Shown: positions 1-9,498 of the stretch, piece by piece
How the letters are laid out: the number at the start of each line of letters is the position of its first letter
How positions within the stretch are numbered: position 1 is the stretch's first letter
Source: Sanchytrium tribonematis
Lineage: Eukaryota
Assembly (NCBI GenBank): GCA_018985235.1
Contig: JADGIG010000024.1
Span: 1-41,203 of the forward strand
Reading direction: 5' to 3'
Length of the DNA stretch: 41,203 nt
Notes under the pieces: model-generated
What the model was told of the DNA's origin: nothing
The model's input: the letters and a program-made list of their open reading frames with translations, nothing else
The model's database searches: none
Program-made: the position numbers and the translations under genes

Positions 1-422
1 AGTGTGGTTCATGGAGGTTTATACACTATCAAAACTCTATCAGGAAATACATCCTTTATTTTAAACAAATAAATATATAGACAAGAAAGAAGCTTTGAGT
101 TTTTTAAATAGACAAATAAATAAAGAAATAGGCTAGACTAGAGCTTTGGGTTAAATTGGTCAGGCTTGGTTTTAATCGATTTGAGTTTAGTATTTAGTAA
201 CACGAATTTTATGAAGAAAAAATCACTAAATACTCTTGATATGACTAAATTGAATGCCTTATCATTTTCTTTTTACAATCTAGTGAGATGTGATGAAAGG
301 AATATGAGACTGATGCGTGTCTTGAATTCATTCACGAAGCATTGTAAAAGTTAAAATTTATAGTAAGTGGAACTCCGTATAATAGAATAGAATCTTTTAG
401 AGGGCCTTCTAATTTGTAAACA

Positions 423-2672
423 ATGGGAGTGAAAAATATCTGGACGCTTTTGGAACCAGCTGGACAGCCTGTACAATTGCCATCTCTCTATAAAAAAACC
501 TTGGCAGTGGATGCATCTATTTGGATTTATCAGTTTATACGAACAACGAATCAATCTTATTTGTTAGGATTTCTCAGAAGAATTTGTAAATTACTTTTTT
601 ATGGTATAAGACCGATATTTGTGTTTGATGGGCAGCCTCCAGATTTGAAAAAAAGAGTTTTACATTTGCGTAAAGAAAGGTCAACTCAAATCAATCATTC
701 CAAATTGGCGCATCAATTATTGCATAAGAAAAAAGTACCACAGCCAAATCAAGATATTTATCATTTACCAGAAGCACAGGAATATTCAAATACTAATAAC
801 GACGTTCGTATGCCCCTACTACCAGAGGAAATGACAAAATTACAAGAATATCACTATTTGAGTGATTTACATATGAAAAGTAGGATTGCAAATTATGACT
901 ATCATATAGCAGACCCTTTAGAGTTTAGTAAGATGCAAATAAAGCAAGTTGAATATCGCCATTCTATCACCGATAAACTACACGACTTTACTAATATTAA
1001 TGAAACAAAGAGACTCAAAGGAAATAGACTTAAATCCTATAAACTCACAAGCAATATCGAAAGTATGCAGTGGTTTGATGAAATCAACAAAGACATCCCG
1101 GAAATGACAAGCTTAGGTGGAGATGAGAGCAATAGCAATGTATCTGATTCTGATGAATTTGAGGAAGCTAACAGTGGTAATTTGATATTGGAAGAATTTA
1201 TCGAAGCGGAATATCCGGAAAACTTAAAGGATCAAAGTGATAAGCCTGCTGGTCCTCAATTAGGAACTAGTGCTTTTCCAATTGAAGTCCTTGATTCAGA
1301 AGAAGATTTCGAACCTGTAGAAGCAACTCATCCCTTTGATGAAAAGGAATTTTTATATTCTTGGCAAGAATTTGCGCCCAACTCTGTAGCTAAAATTTTT
1401 GGAAATGATATTTTCAACAACCTAATAAAGATGCCCAATGCTATGTTGGAGCAGAAGAAAATTGATTGTAAAAAATTTAGTTTGAGTGCTTTTAAAGAAG
1501 GGTATGAATACGTATTTCAGTTCATAAATGCAGTACAAAAGCTAGACAATAGAAAAATTGCACAGGATTCTGTAAATAATGTCATAGACTTGACTAAAGA
1601 TACTCAACTTTCACAGAAAACAACTTTTTTTAAAACTCCCACAACTTACAAGCAAGAACAAAAGAAACTCCCGCCGACAAGTAATATTAAAGAACTTTTC
1701 AGGAGACAAAAGGTGAACATCTACGTTGAAAAGTCAAATGCCAAGTGGAAAATTGACCTCAACTCACCTTCTTTATATGTTGATAAATTGGAACCGCTAG
1801 TCTCTGATGCACCAGAAGCGCAGTTAAATACTAGTCCCCGAAAAAAAGAAGCAAAAACAATAGACCTTCCTGTAAATGATAATCCTATTGTTTTTCAAGA
1901 CGATAAACAATATGATTTGTCAACAGATAACCCAGTTGAGTTCACAATTGAAGAGGTGGAAAGAATCAAGAACGCTCCAACTCAGCCATATAAAGAATTT
2001 ATTCAAAATCAAAATGTTTCGTCTGACATGATTCAAGATGTTCAAGAGCTTTTAACTTTATTTGGAATACCATACATTACTGCACCACAAGAAGCTGAAA
2101 GCCAGTGCGCTTATCTGAATCAAATTGGCTTGGTGGATGGAATAGTCACAGAAGATGCTGACGTTCTTTTATTTGGTGGTGCAAAAGTTTACAAGAATAT
2201 TTTCAAAAATTCGCCGGAATGCTACGATATAAACATGTTGACTAAATATTTGAATTTGGATCAAGATAAACTCATCTATCTAGCACATTTGCTCGGCTCA
2301 GATTATTGCTTGGGAGTTCAGAAAGTGGGACTTGTCGGTGCCGTTGAATTGCTACTAAAATATTCTGATTTAGAGAAGTATAAACAATTTAACAAAGACA
2401 TAATGGATGTTAGTTATGCTTATACCAAGCCAGTGCTAGATACAAGCACTACACCGTTTGTATTCGGCGAAGTGCAATTGGACAAGCTTTATCCTTATCT
2501 AGAAAGAAGACTGAAATGGGATAAAGACGAAGTTAATAAGCATTTGCTCCCCATTCTTGAACGACATCCATATCAAATAACACTTAATCCCGAGCGTCAG
2601 GTCTTGGTGAAGTACAAAAGCTTGAAATTAACAAAATTGATGCAAAAGTGGGTCTCTCAAATGAGTCAGTAA
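423..2672 (+). CDS. RAD2: XPG/Rad2 family structure-specific endonuclease (749 aa)
   Basis: XPG-N motifs MGV..W..LEP, LAVDASIWIYQF, RRICKLLFYGIRPIFVFDG; long spacer; XPG-I motifs FGIPYITAPQEAESQCA, TEDADVLLFG, LGSDY. The long N-I spacer favours XPG over FEN1/EXO1. Confidence 0.92.
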   Translation: MGVKNIWTLLEPAGQPVQLPSLYKKTLAVDASIWIYQFIRTTNQSYLLGFLRRICKLLFYGIRPIFVFDGQPPDLKKRVLHLRKERSTQINHSKLAHQLLHKKKVPQPNQDIYHLPEAQEYSNTNNDVRMPLLPEEMTKLQEYHYLSDLHMKSRIANYDYHIADPLEFSKMQIKQVEYRHSITDKLHDFTNINETKRLKGNRLKSYKLTSNIESMQWFDEINKDIPEMTSLGGDESNSNVSDSDEFEEANSGNLILEEFIEAEYPENLKDQSDKPAGPQLGTSAFPIEVLDSEEDFEPVEATHPFDEKEFLYSWQEFAPNSVAKIFGNDIFNNLIKMPNAMLEQKKIDCKKFSLSAFKEGYEYVFQFINAVQKLDNRKIAQDSVNNVIDLTKDTQLSQKTTFFKTPTTYKQEQKKLPPTSNIKELFRRQKVNIYVEKSNAKWKIDLNSPSLYVDKLEPLVSDAPEAQLNTSPRKKEAKTIDLPVNDNPIVFQDDKQYDLSTDNPVEFTIEEVERIKNAPTQPYKEFIQNQNVSSDMIQDVQELLTLFGIPYITAPQEAESQCAYLNQIGLVDGIVTEDADVLLFGGAKVYKNIFKNSPECYDINMLTKYLNLDQDKLIYLAHLLGSDYCLGVQKVGLVGAVELLLKYSDLEKYKQFNKDIMDVSYAYTKPVLDTSTTPFVFGEVQLDKLYPYLERRLKWDKDEVNKHLLPILERHPYQITLNPERQVLVKYKSLKLTKLMQKWVSQMSQ

Positions 2673-2888
2673 ATCATCTGATTTAAAAGTAGTGTACATA
2701 ATCCACATTTGATAGATTAGATAGTCTTCAGACCATCTTCCTGTGTGTGAATGATCTTGATCAACCAATAAACGTGTTTAGCCGTTCACATCATGTTAAT
2801 ATTGATTGGTTTAAATACTCCGTAATTTATCCATGACAGCGATTTATAAGATAGACTCCCATTCGCCACCCAGTACATAAGCAATATA

Positions 2889-3017
2889 ATGAACTACTAC
2901 TATTATCACGTATTTCCTGCGCAGCCACAGCCATATCAATATACATATTATCCAGATTACGATCCAGAGAACTTTGATTTGCAGTACATATTGAGCGGAA
3001 TGAGCCAATTTAATTAA
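2889..3017 (+). CDS. candidate 42-aa Tyr/Pro/Gln-rich micro-ORF
   Basis: Reads MNYYYYHVFPAQPQPYQYTYYPDYDPENFDLQYILSGMSQFN*. The stop overlaps AATAAA (TAATAAA), as in several real genes here. No homology recognised. Confidence 0.3.
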   Translation: MNYYYYHVFPAQPQPYQYTYYPDYDPENFDLQYILSGMSQFN

Positions 3018-3244
3018 TAAAGATTTACAGTAAATATATGCTCAAAGTTGTTGCTTATTTTAGTTGCTGCCTAGGCTTGTAAAAATAATCGTAATATTAT
3101 TAGGTTGGACTGAAACTTGAGAAAATATTGCTTTAAACTATAATCCATTCGGCCTCGCTATTGTGTTGAGACTTACTTGTCTCTTTGCTAGTGATAAGTT
3201 TTATTTTTCTGGAGCCATAACTCCGTGCTTCTCGTTACTCGCCA

Positions 3245-4519
3245 ATGTTTGTGCAAACTGGCTATCATCATTTCTTATTTCAAGACGACTTGGACTTTGT
3301 TATAAGACCTGACGACTTTGATGCACTATGTTGTGTAGAGCTAATCAAGAATATTTGTAAGAATTATTCAGTCTCAAGCACTGAGCACTATATACCACAA
3401 TCTAGAACAGTTTTGGGCATTAATATAAATTCTCCACTAAACAAGAACAAAGAGAGAGTTTTGCTGACATTCCTGTTGAATCAGGAAGATGTTTATGACG
3501 AATCTGCAATTGTTCTTGTTGATCAAATGACTCAGTCACATCGAAATATAATTCCTACTTGGTGTGCATTTAAAATGTTAGAAGCGACAAATGATTTGAA
3601 AATTGAGCATGCTTATTTGACTGCTGTTGTTATCTATTATTATTATATGCTAAATTTAATTGATTATCAAGAATATTTGCAGCATTTAAAAGAAATTCAA
3701 TTAATATTTCCGGAAATACAATTGCACGAACATTTATTCGGATATTTATTTGGCATGAGTGATTTGTTTTCAGTGTTAAAGCATTCTCCTCATTTATTTT
3801 ACGTTTTAAAGTGGTATAAAAATGAGCAGCTTGCTCGACATTTAGCTGCTCATGCTGGGATCCATATAAATTTGAGCAAGCAGAATAAAAGTACAGAAAT
3901 GACGAAAATCTACAATTTTGTGAATAAGGCCGAAATGTTTAGAATTGAGAAATCTGATTTATTAATACATTGTGTAAAATGTCCGTCTGTCAGAAATATG
4001 GATTTGTCATTATACGCACTTTATTTGCTTGATAATAATGACAAATATATTTTGAGTGCTTTGCCTAAAATGCGAGAAAATTTGGTCCAAGTGCAGTTGT
4101 ATCTAGAAACGATTACAAGTCAATTTGGTCTTCTTTTACAGCAAAGATCTCTCATTTTGATGCCCCAAAGAGAAGGAATAACCATGTCGAACTGCGATTT
4201 TGCACATGGCTCAGTCAATCTACCAAAATTTGCAATGAAATGGCTATCTTGCGTACTGAGCAATATTTATGACACGCCAATTCTTCTCCATAATCCAGAA
4301 TTTGATTTAGTAGCTAGTGATCCACATTCAAGGATTCAAGAATATTATGACCAAGGGAATTTATTGACAATTATTCATGAAATATATGAAGAACAATGCG
4401 GTTTTGGCATGTATTCATTTAAATCACGTCAAGATATGATGGAAATCATTGAGCAACTCGGACTTAGAATGCGAGCTTATAAATATGAAGAAGAACATGG
4501 AAATGAAATTGAAGAATAA
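3245..4519 (+). CDS. CDC45: highly divergent, shortened CDC45-like replication factor (424 aa)
   Basis: MFV start; DFDALCCVELIKNI resembles CDC45 DVDALCACKIL; LFSVLKHSPHLFYVLKWY...LAAHAGIHINLSKQ resembles SLYDSMLHSPY..KLKLW...LAKMGISL..AKQ; NMDLSLYALYLLD resembles ASDVVYALTALLE. Motif order is preserved. Confidence 0.6.
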   Translation: MFVQTGYHHFLFQDDLDFVIRPDDFDALCCVELIKNICKNYSVSSTEHYIPQSRTVLGININSPLNKNKERVLLTFLLNQEDVYDESAIVLVDQMTQSHRNIIPTWCAFKMLEATNDLKIEHAYLTAVVIYYYYMLNLIDYQEYLQHLKEIQLIFPEIQLHEHLFGYLFGMSDLFSVLKHSPHLFYVLKWYKNEQLARHLAAHAGIHINLSKQNKSTEMTKIYNFVNKAEMFRIEKSDLLIHCVKCPSVRNMDLSLYALYLLDNNDKYILSALPKMRENLVQVQLYLETITSQFGLLLQQRSLILMPQREGITMSNCDFAHGSVNLPKFAMKWLSCVLSNIYDTPILLHNPEFDLVASDPHSRIQEYYDQGNLLTIIHEIYEEQCGFGMYSFKSRQDMMEIIEQLGLRMRAYKYEEEHGNEIEE

Positions 4520-4551
4520 ATTGTTGCATAATTTGAAAAGAAATCATAATT

Positions 4552-7500
4552 TTATTGTGAGCAATCGCTAGCTACGAATCTTTCATCCTGGCATTCGACT
4601 TTACCAGATTTGATGACACAGACTGTTCCTGCAGGACAATCCCGGACCAACCATTTTCCTACGAGCGAGGTATCTTGGGATCGTTTCATGAACCTCATTA
4701 GCCATCTTTTTTGTGGAGTTTGAATACATTGACCATATGTGTTGGAGCTACTACAAACTTCTGCTTGCTCTAATGGATCACAAGCAGTTCCATCTGTAAC
4801 AGCTGAACACTTTGGTGCTGATGTTATTCCATAGTCACTTGATTCTTCAATGGCTACTTTTGGACATATTCTTGGAGGGTTACTTATCTGATTCAAGCTT
4901 AAGCAAGCCATTCCTTGTGGTTCAGGTTGAGGTACGCAGAATGTGCCAGCTGAACATGGTTGAACAGTCCATTTTCCTAAATAAATATAATCTACCATTA
5001 GAACAAATTGCAAAGTTGGTGCCGCTGCATTTGTATTCTCCTTCTTTATAACACTGAGATCCCTCGGGTATTTCATGAACACAATCCGATGGTGACGGAA
5101 TGCCGGTTTCATAGGATTGAGGAGATACAGAGTCAGTAAATAATTGAGTGTATGGTGCCCAAGTTTGAGTCGCAGTCCATAGCTCAGTAAATGATGTTTC
5201 CGAAGCTGTAGTTGTGGATGTGAAATGATCTGTGACAATTTCAATTGTAGAAGAAGAGTCAACAACGGATGAAAATGATGATATTGTTGTTGAATCAAAT
5301 GATGCGACTCCTAAAGTATCAGTCAGTACTTCAGTAGTGGTCGAGTCTCCTACAATGGTTTCGGTTGAAAAGACTGTCTCAGTAATGGTACATGTAACAG
5401 TTTCAGAGATAGTGCATACATTATTCTCAGTACTGAAACCAGAAGCATTTACAGTTTCCGTAGCAGTTGCAATTGCGGTGGTTTCAGGAGTTGGGTTTCC
5501 ATTTGGACATTGAACATTTGATGGATAATCGCAAGCAATTTGAAATAATGGATCTGAACGGCAAACAGTGCCCAAACCACAAGCCTTGTTGACCCATTTA
5601 CCATGGAAGCATTGAACAAATCCATCTCCAGAGCATTGATAGGTATCATCAATACAGTCGCCGCCATCAGCAACAATATCATGACAGGTGCCGACTTCAG
5701 AGACACCCACATCAGTAGCAGTGGCCTCTGGTGTGGCTGTTGTTTCAACAACACCAAAAGTAGACGTTGCATCACAAATTCTATTTTGGGGCCAATCGCA
5801 GACTATTTGAGATTTGCTATCTGGTCGACAAACTGTACCCAAAGCACAGTCTTTATTTACCCATTTGCCATGATCGCATTGCACAAATCCGTCACCACTA
5901 CATTCATAAGATCCTTCAACACATTCTCCACCATTCTCGATCTTTGGAGAGCAATCTGTGGAGGAAGAGCTGACAGGTTCACATGTGTTTACATTTTGAG
6001 GCCAATCGCAAGCAATTTTAAATGCAGCATCGGGTCTACATACTGTTCCTAAAGCACAATCTCTATTTATCCATTTTCCGTGGTCACATTGAACGAATCC
6101 ATGTCCACTGCATTTGTAGTCTCCTTCTACACAATCTTGTCCATCTGGAATAAATGGATTACAGCTTCCAGTTTCTACAACTGATGTAGTTTGTGGTGCG
6201 CTAGAACCGTCAGTTCCATCTGACACTTCCGAAACACCAACATTACCACCAGCTGGACAAGTTGCATTATAACTGCAAGTAGCGCCTGCACCTTCTACAC
6301 TTTCACAACTCAAGTCGGCACTACATTTTTCTCTAATCCATCCATTTGTACCACAAATTGCGAATTCTTTATCACTGACACAAATTGGAGTGTCTTTACC
6401 CCAGTCACAAATTGTACCATTTTGAATGTTCAAGTCTGATTTACATCCTTGACTAGGTGCCCATTCCAAAGGATTCGTCTTGTTAACAGGTGTCGCATCA
6501 ATAGCAGTATTATTGCAAGTATTTTCATTTGGAAGTCCACAAGTGATGCCATCTTTAATATATTGGCAAGCCAATCCGGCTGGACATTTTATAGCTGCAA
6601 ATGTATTACTTGGAGTACATTGTACAAAGTCTGATCCACTGCACAAATAAGTGTCTTTCTCAAAATCACAAGGTGAGTTATTAGGAATGATAGCGCAGGT
6701 GTCATTTGTACTGCTTTCTGATGCAGTTTCGGTAGAAATAGGCACAGCAACAGTCGTTTGAAATACTTCTGTTACAGTCGGTGAGATTTCAGTGTAAGTT
6801 GTATTTGGTGTGGAATATCCACAACTTGGAGCTCTTCCGCAAATAACTCCTGGTCCTTCATATGATTGACAATAAGTTCCATAACCACATTCTCTTACAA
6901 CGTATCCTTTACTGGTACATACTCCAAATTTAGTATCGTCGATACAAACAGGAGTGTCTTGAGAAGTTGAACATTGTGATCCAGTTGTTATGTTTGAATC
7001 ACACTCTCTGGCAGGCGCCCATTGCATTATATCTGATTTGTTAACAGCAGGGGTATTATCAACCCATGGGCAAGAATCTTCTTTAAGAAATCCACATTCA
7101 ATTTCAGTATCACTTAATTGGTTGCAAGCAGTACCAGCTCCACAAGGTCTCCATTTATATTTTCCATTTTGACATTGTACGAAATTTCTTCCACTACATT
7201 TATGTGTGTCGCCAGAGCAAGAAGTACCTTCAGGAATTTCAGTGCAATCTTGAGCTCTCTTTTCTAATGATCTCTTTGACAAGGTATGGGCTGTTGTTGG
7301 ACACATTGCTGCGTCAGTTGTGCATTCAATTTTAAATGGATTGCGTTGTTGGCAATTAGTTCCAGCTGCACAATCTTTCTTGATCCATACATTGTTGTCA
7401 CATTGGTAAAATCCCGAGTCAACACATCGATATTCACCAGCTTGACAGCCAATTTCCAAGTTTGAAACTGCAGGTAGACAAGAATCTGTAGAAATGCTGG

Positions 7501-8824
7501 TCTGTGGCAAATCAATGCTTGATACTCCAGGTCCAGAAGATGAAACTGGGCAAACGGGTCCTCTTCCAGGAAAATCGCATAAGAAGCTAAGTCCATTGTT
7601 GGTAGGTCTACACTCTGTTCCACTGGCACAGGAAGATATTTTCCACACATGTGTCGCTTGTCCATTAATTCTGTCTGGTACACATCTAATAAAATCAGTT
7701 CCATAACATCTGTCAAAATCTTGTCCGATTGTACATTCTTGACCTGGGGTGACCAATGGTGGACATCCATCAGGAACATCAGTTGGTGTGGAAACAGCAG
7801 TTGTCGTTTTAGAGACAGTCGATGTGGCTTTCTTTGTTGTAGTCACCTTTGTGGTTGTTGATGCCTTTTTTGTGGTGGTTGCCGCTTTGGTAGTTGTAGC
7901 AGCCTTGGTCGTCGTGACTTTAGTCGTTGTTGTGGCGACTTTGGTACTTGTAGGTGCTACAGTAGTGGTTGCAGCTTTAGTTGTAGTTGCAGCCTTTGTG
8001 GTGGTCAATATATTTGGATTGTTAACACAAATTTGTTTTGGATTTGACGCATCAGCAATTCCTTGCAGGTCACTGGCACACAAAGCTGGATTGACACTCA
8101 AGCTACAAGATACTCTAGGATCACAGTCATAGTTTACAGGTTGTTTTCCGATATCAATATCGACATTTGTTGCATCTTTTGAAGAAGGATCAGCATAACA
8201 AAAACTGCCGAATGCAGTTCCTTTCAAAATTGTATCAACGGCAGGTCCGCCACTTTTGACACAAGCAGGCACATTATTTAGAGGTACATTATTATTTTTA
8301 CAAGACTTTCCTGCATATGGTCCATCGGCCACGATCTCAATCAATGAGCAGCCGTAGTAAGCAGCAAAGGCGTTTCCTACTAATCCGTTCCACTGCAAAA
8401 CATATTTACCGGCTTTCAAATTCAGTGGAATTTTCACAGTCGTGTCATATCTTTCCAAGTCAGTTGATGATTGTTGGTAATCACACCCACCTCTAGCATT
8501 ACATGGATGAATACAGTCACCATAAGCGTATCTACCAGCACGTTCATCGATACCGTAACAGGCCAATTTAATTACATTTTGTTGAAAGGTCAACTCATTC
8601 ATTTGATCGAAAGGAGCCAAAGCCAATCTAACGTATCCACCACCGTGGTTATTGCTGGTCCATCCAACTTTTAAACGGTCTCCAGGACTCACTTTATTGG
8701 TTGGACTGTTTGCTGAAAATTGCTCGCAGCTTGGTTGTAAAATACCTCCTCTACTTGGGTTGGTATTGAAAGGTAAAGGGCAGGACATCCATGAGTGTCC
8801 AAATACAAATACATTGAGAAGCAT
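4552..8824 (-). CDS. secreted LPMO-like (histidine-brace) protein with Thr-rich linker and 11 eight-cysteine CBM19-like modules; 2 exons (8824-4996, 4976-4552), 1417 aa
   Basis: Hydrophobic N-terminus MLLNVFVFG followed by His10; NNH60GGG; GKYVLQW; YY157GC. Repeats of the form C..G.Y.CSG.GFVQC.HGKW...CA.GT.C resemble CBM19. Removing 4977-4995 joins CSNG|KWTVQPCSAGTFC and completes module 10. Confidence 0.8.
4977..4995 (-). other. 19-nt GT-AG spliceosomal intron
   Basis: GTAGATTATATTTATTTAG. Removal restores the repeat consensus C.NGKW....C.AGT.C. Confidence 0.92.
5507..6163 (-). repeat. three closely related tandem CBM19-like coding modules (modules 7-9)
   Basis: Shared core CSG.GFVQC.HGKW.N..C.LGTVCR.D...I.CD.P.N in three successive copies. 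Confidence 0.85.
7781..8005 (-). repeat. low-complexity (TTTKAA/TTTKV)n linker coding repeat
   Basis: Translation TTTKAATTTKAATTTVAPTSTKVATTTTKV..., typical of a fungal O-glycosylated linker. Confidence 0.85.
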
Positions 8825-8859
8825 TCTGCGTTTTACTTTTAAAATCAGAGTTCAACTAT

Positions 8860-8917
8860 TTATACCCAAACGTCAAGGTCATTTATACGTGTGCCAAGAT
8901 TAAATTATACCCAAACG
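8860..8917 (-). promoter_or_regulatory. duplicated 13-bp promoter motif CGTTTGGGTATAA upstream of the LPMO-like gene
   Basis: TTATACCCAAACG occurs exactly at 8860-8872 and 8905-8917, 36-93 nt upstream of the ATG, and contains TATAA on the sense strand. Confidence 0.4.
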
Positions 8918-9498
8918 GGGAGGACGTCAAACTGTTTCAACCAAAAGAACTTTTTATTTTGGTGTAATCAATATGTGAAATGAATCTATGATGGTACAGA
9001 ATTACATTTTTGGTATCTCTACCATGACCTAAAGGTTACTCCGGCCTATCCTTAATATTGTTTCATGTGACGCCCCAAAACCTTCAGGTTTTTCAAACTT
9101 AAAAGTAATAACTCCAAACCGAAGTGGAGTAGCTTGAACAATTTCAATTTAAGTTTATTTTTAAAGAAAACTGCTAAAAAAGAATGAGGTTATCATATTG
9201 GATAGTTTTACAATAAATTACTTGACACATATATCAGAGTTTGAAATCAGAGCAGCTTCAAATCTGATGAATTTTAAATATAGATTTGTTCAAGCAATTA
9301 CTCCTGCAAAAATGTACGAAGTAATTTGACCCATGTTTCATGAATCACTCTCCAAGAAAACAATACCCAATATTAAAGTGGCATGGAACACAATAATCAA
9401 AGATGGAATTAGAGTCGATTCGTAACTTGGTTTTGAAATACTCTATCGGATCATCACGAGCTGCTGCGACAGTGTAAGTAAATTTAGTAAGAGTTTTA

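Noticed and set aside
5232..8132. Long plus-strand Val-rich ORFs, and the Gly-rich ORF at 28290-28520
   Set aside because: These are antisense shadows of Thr-rich and Pro-rich coding repeats.
9233..9268. Imperfect 12-bp hairpin downstream of the ART fusion
   Set aside because: AT-rich and bulged, with no matching partner or target-site duplication to indicate a mobile-element end.
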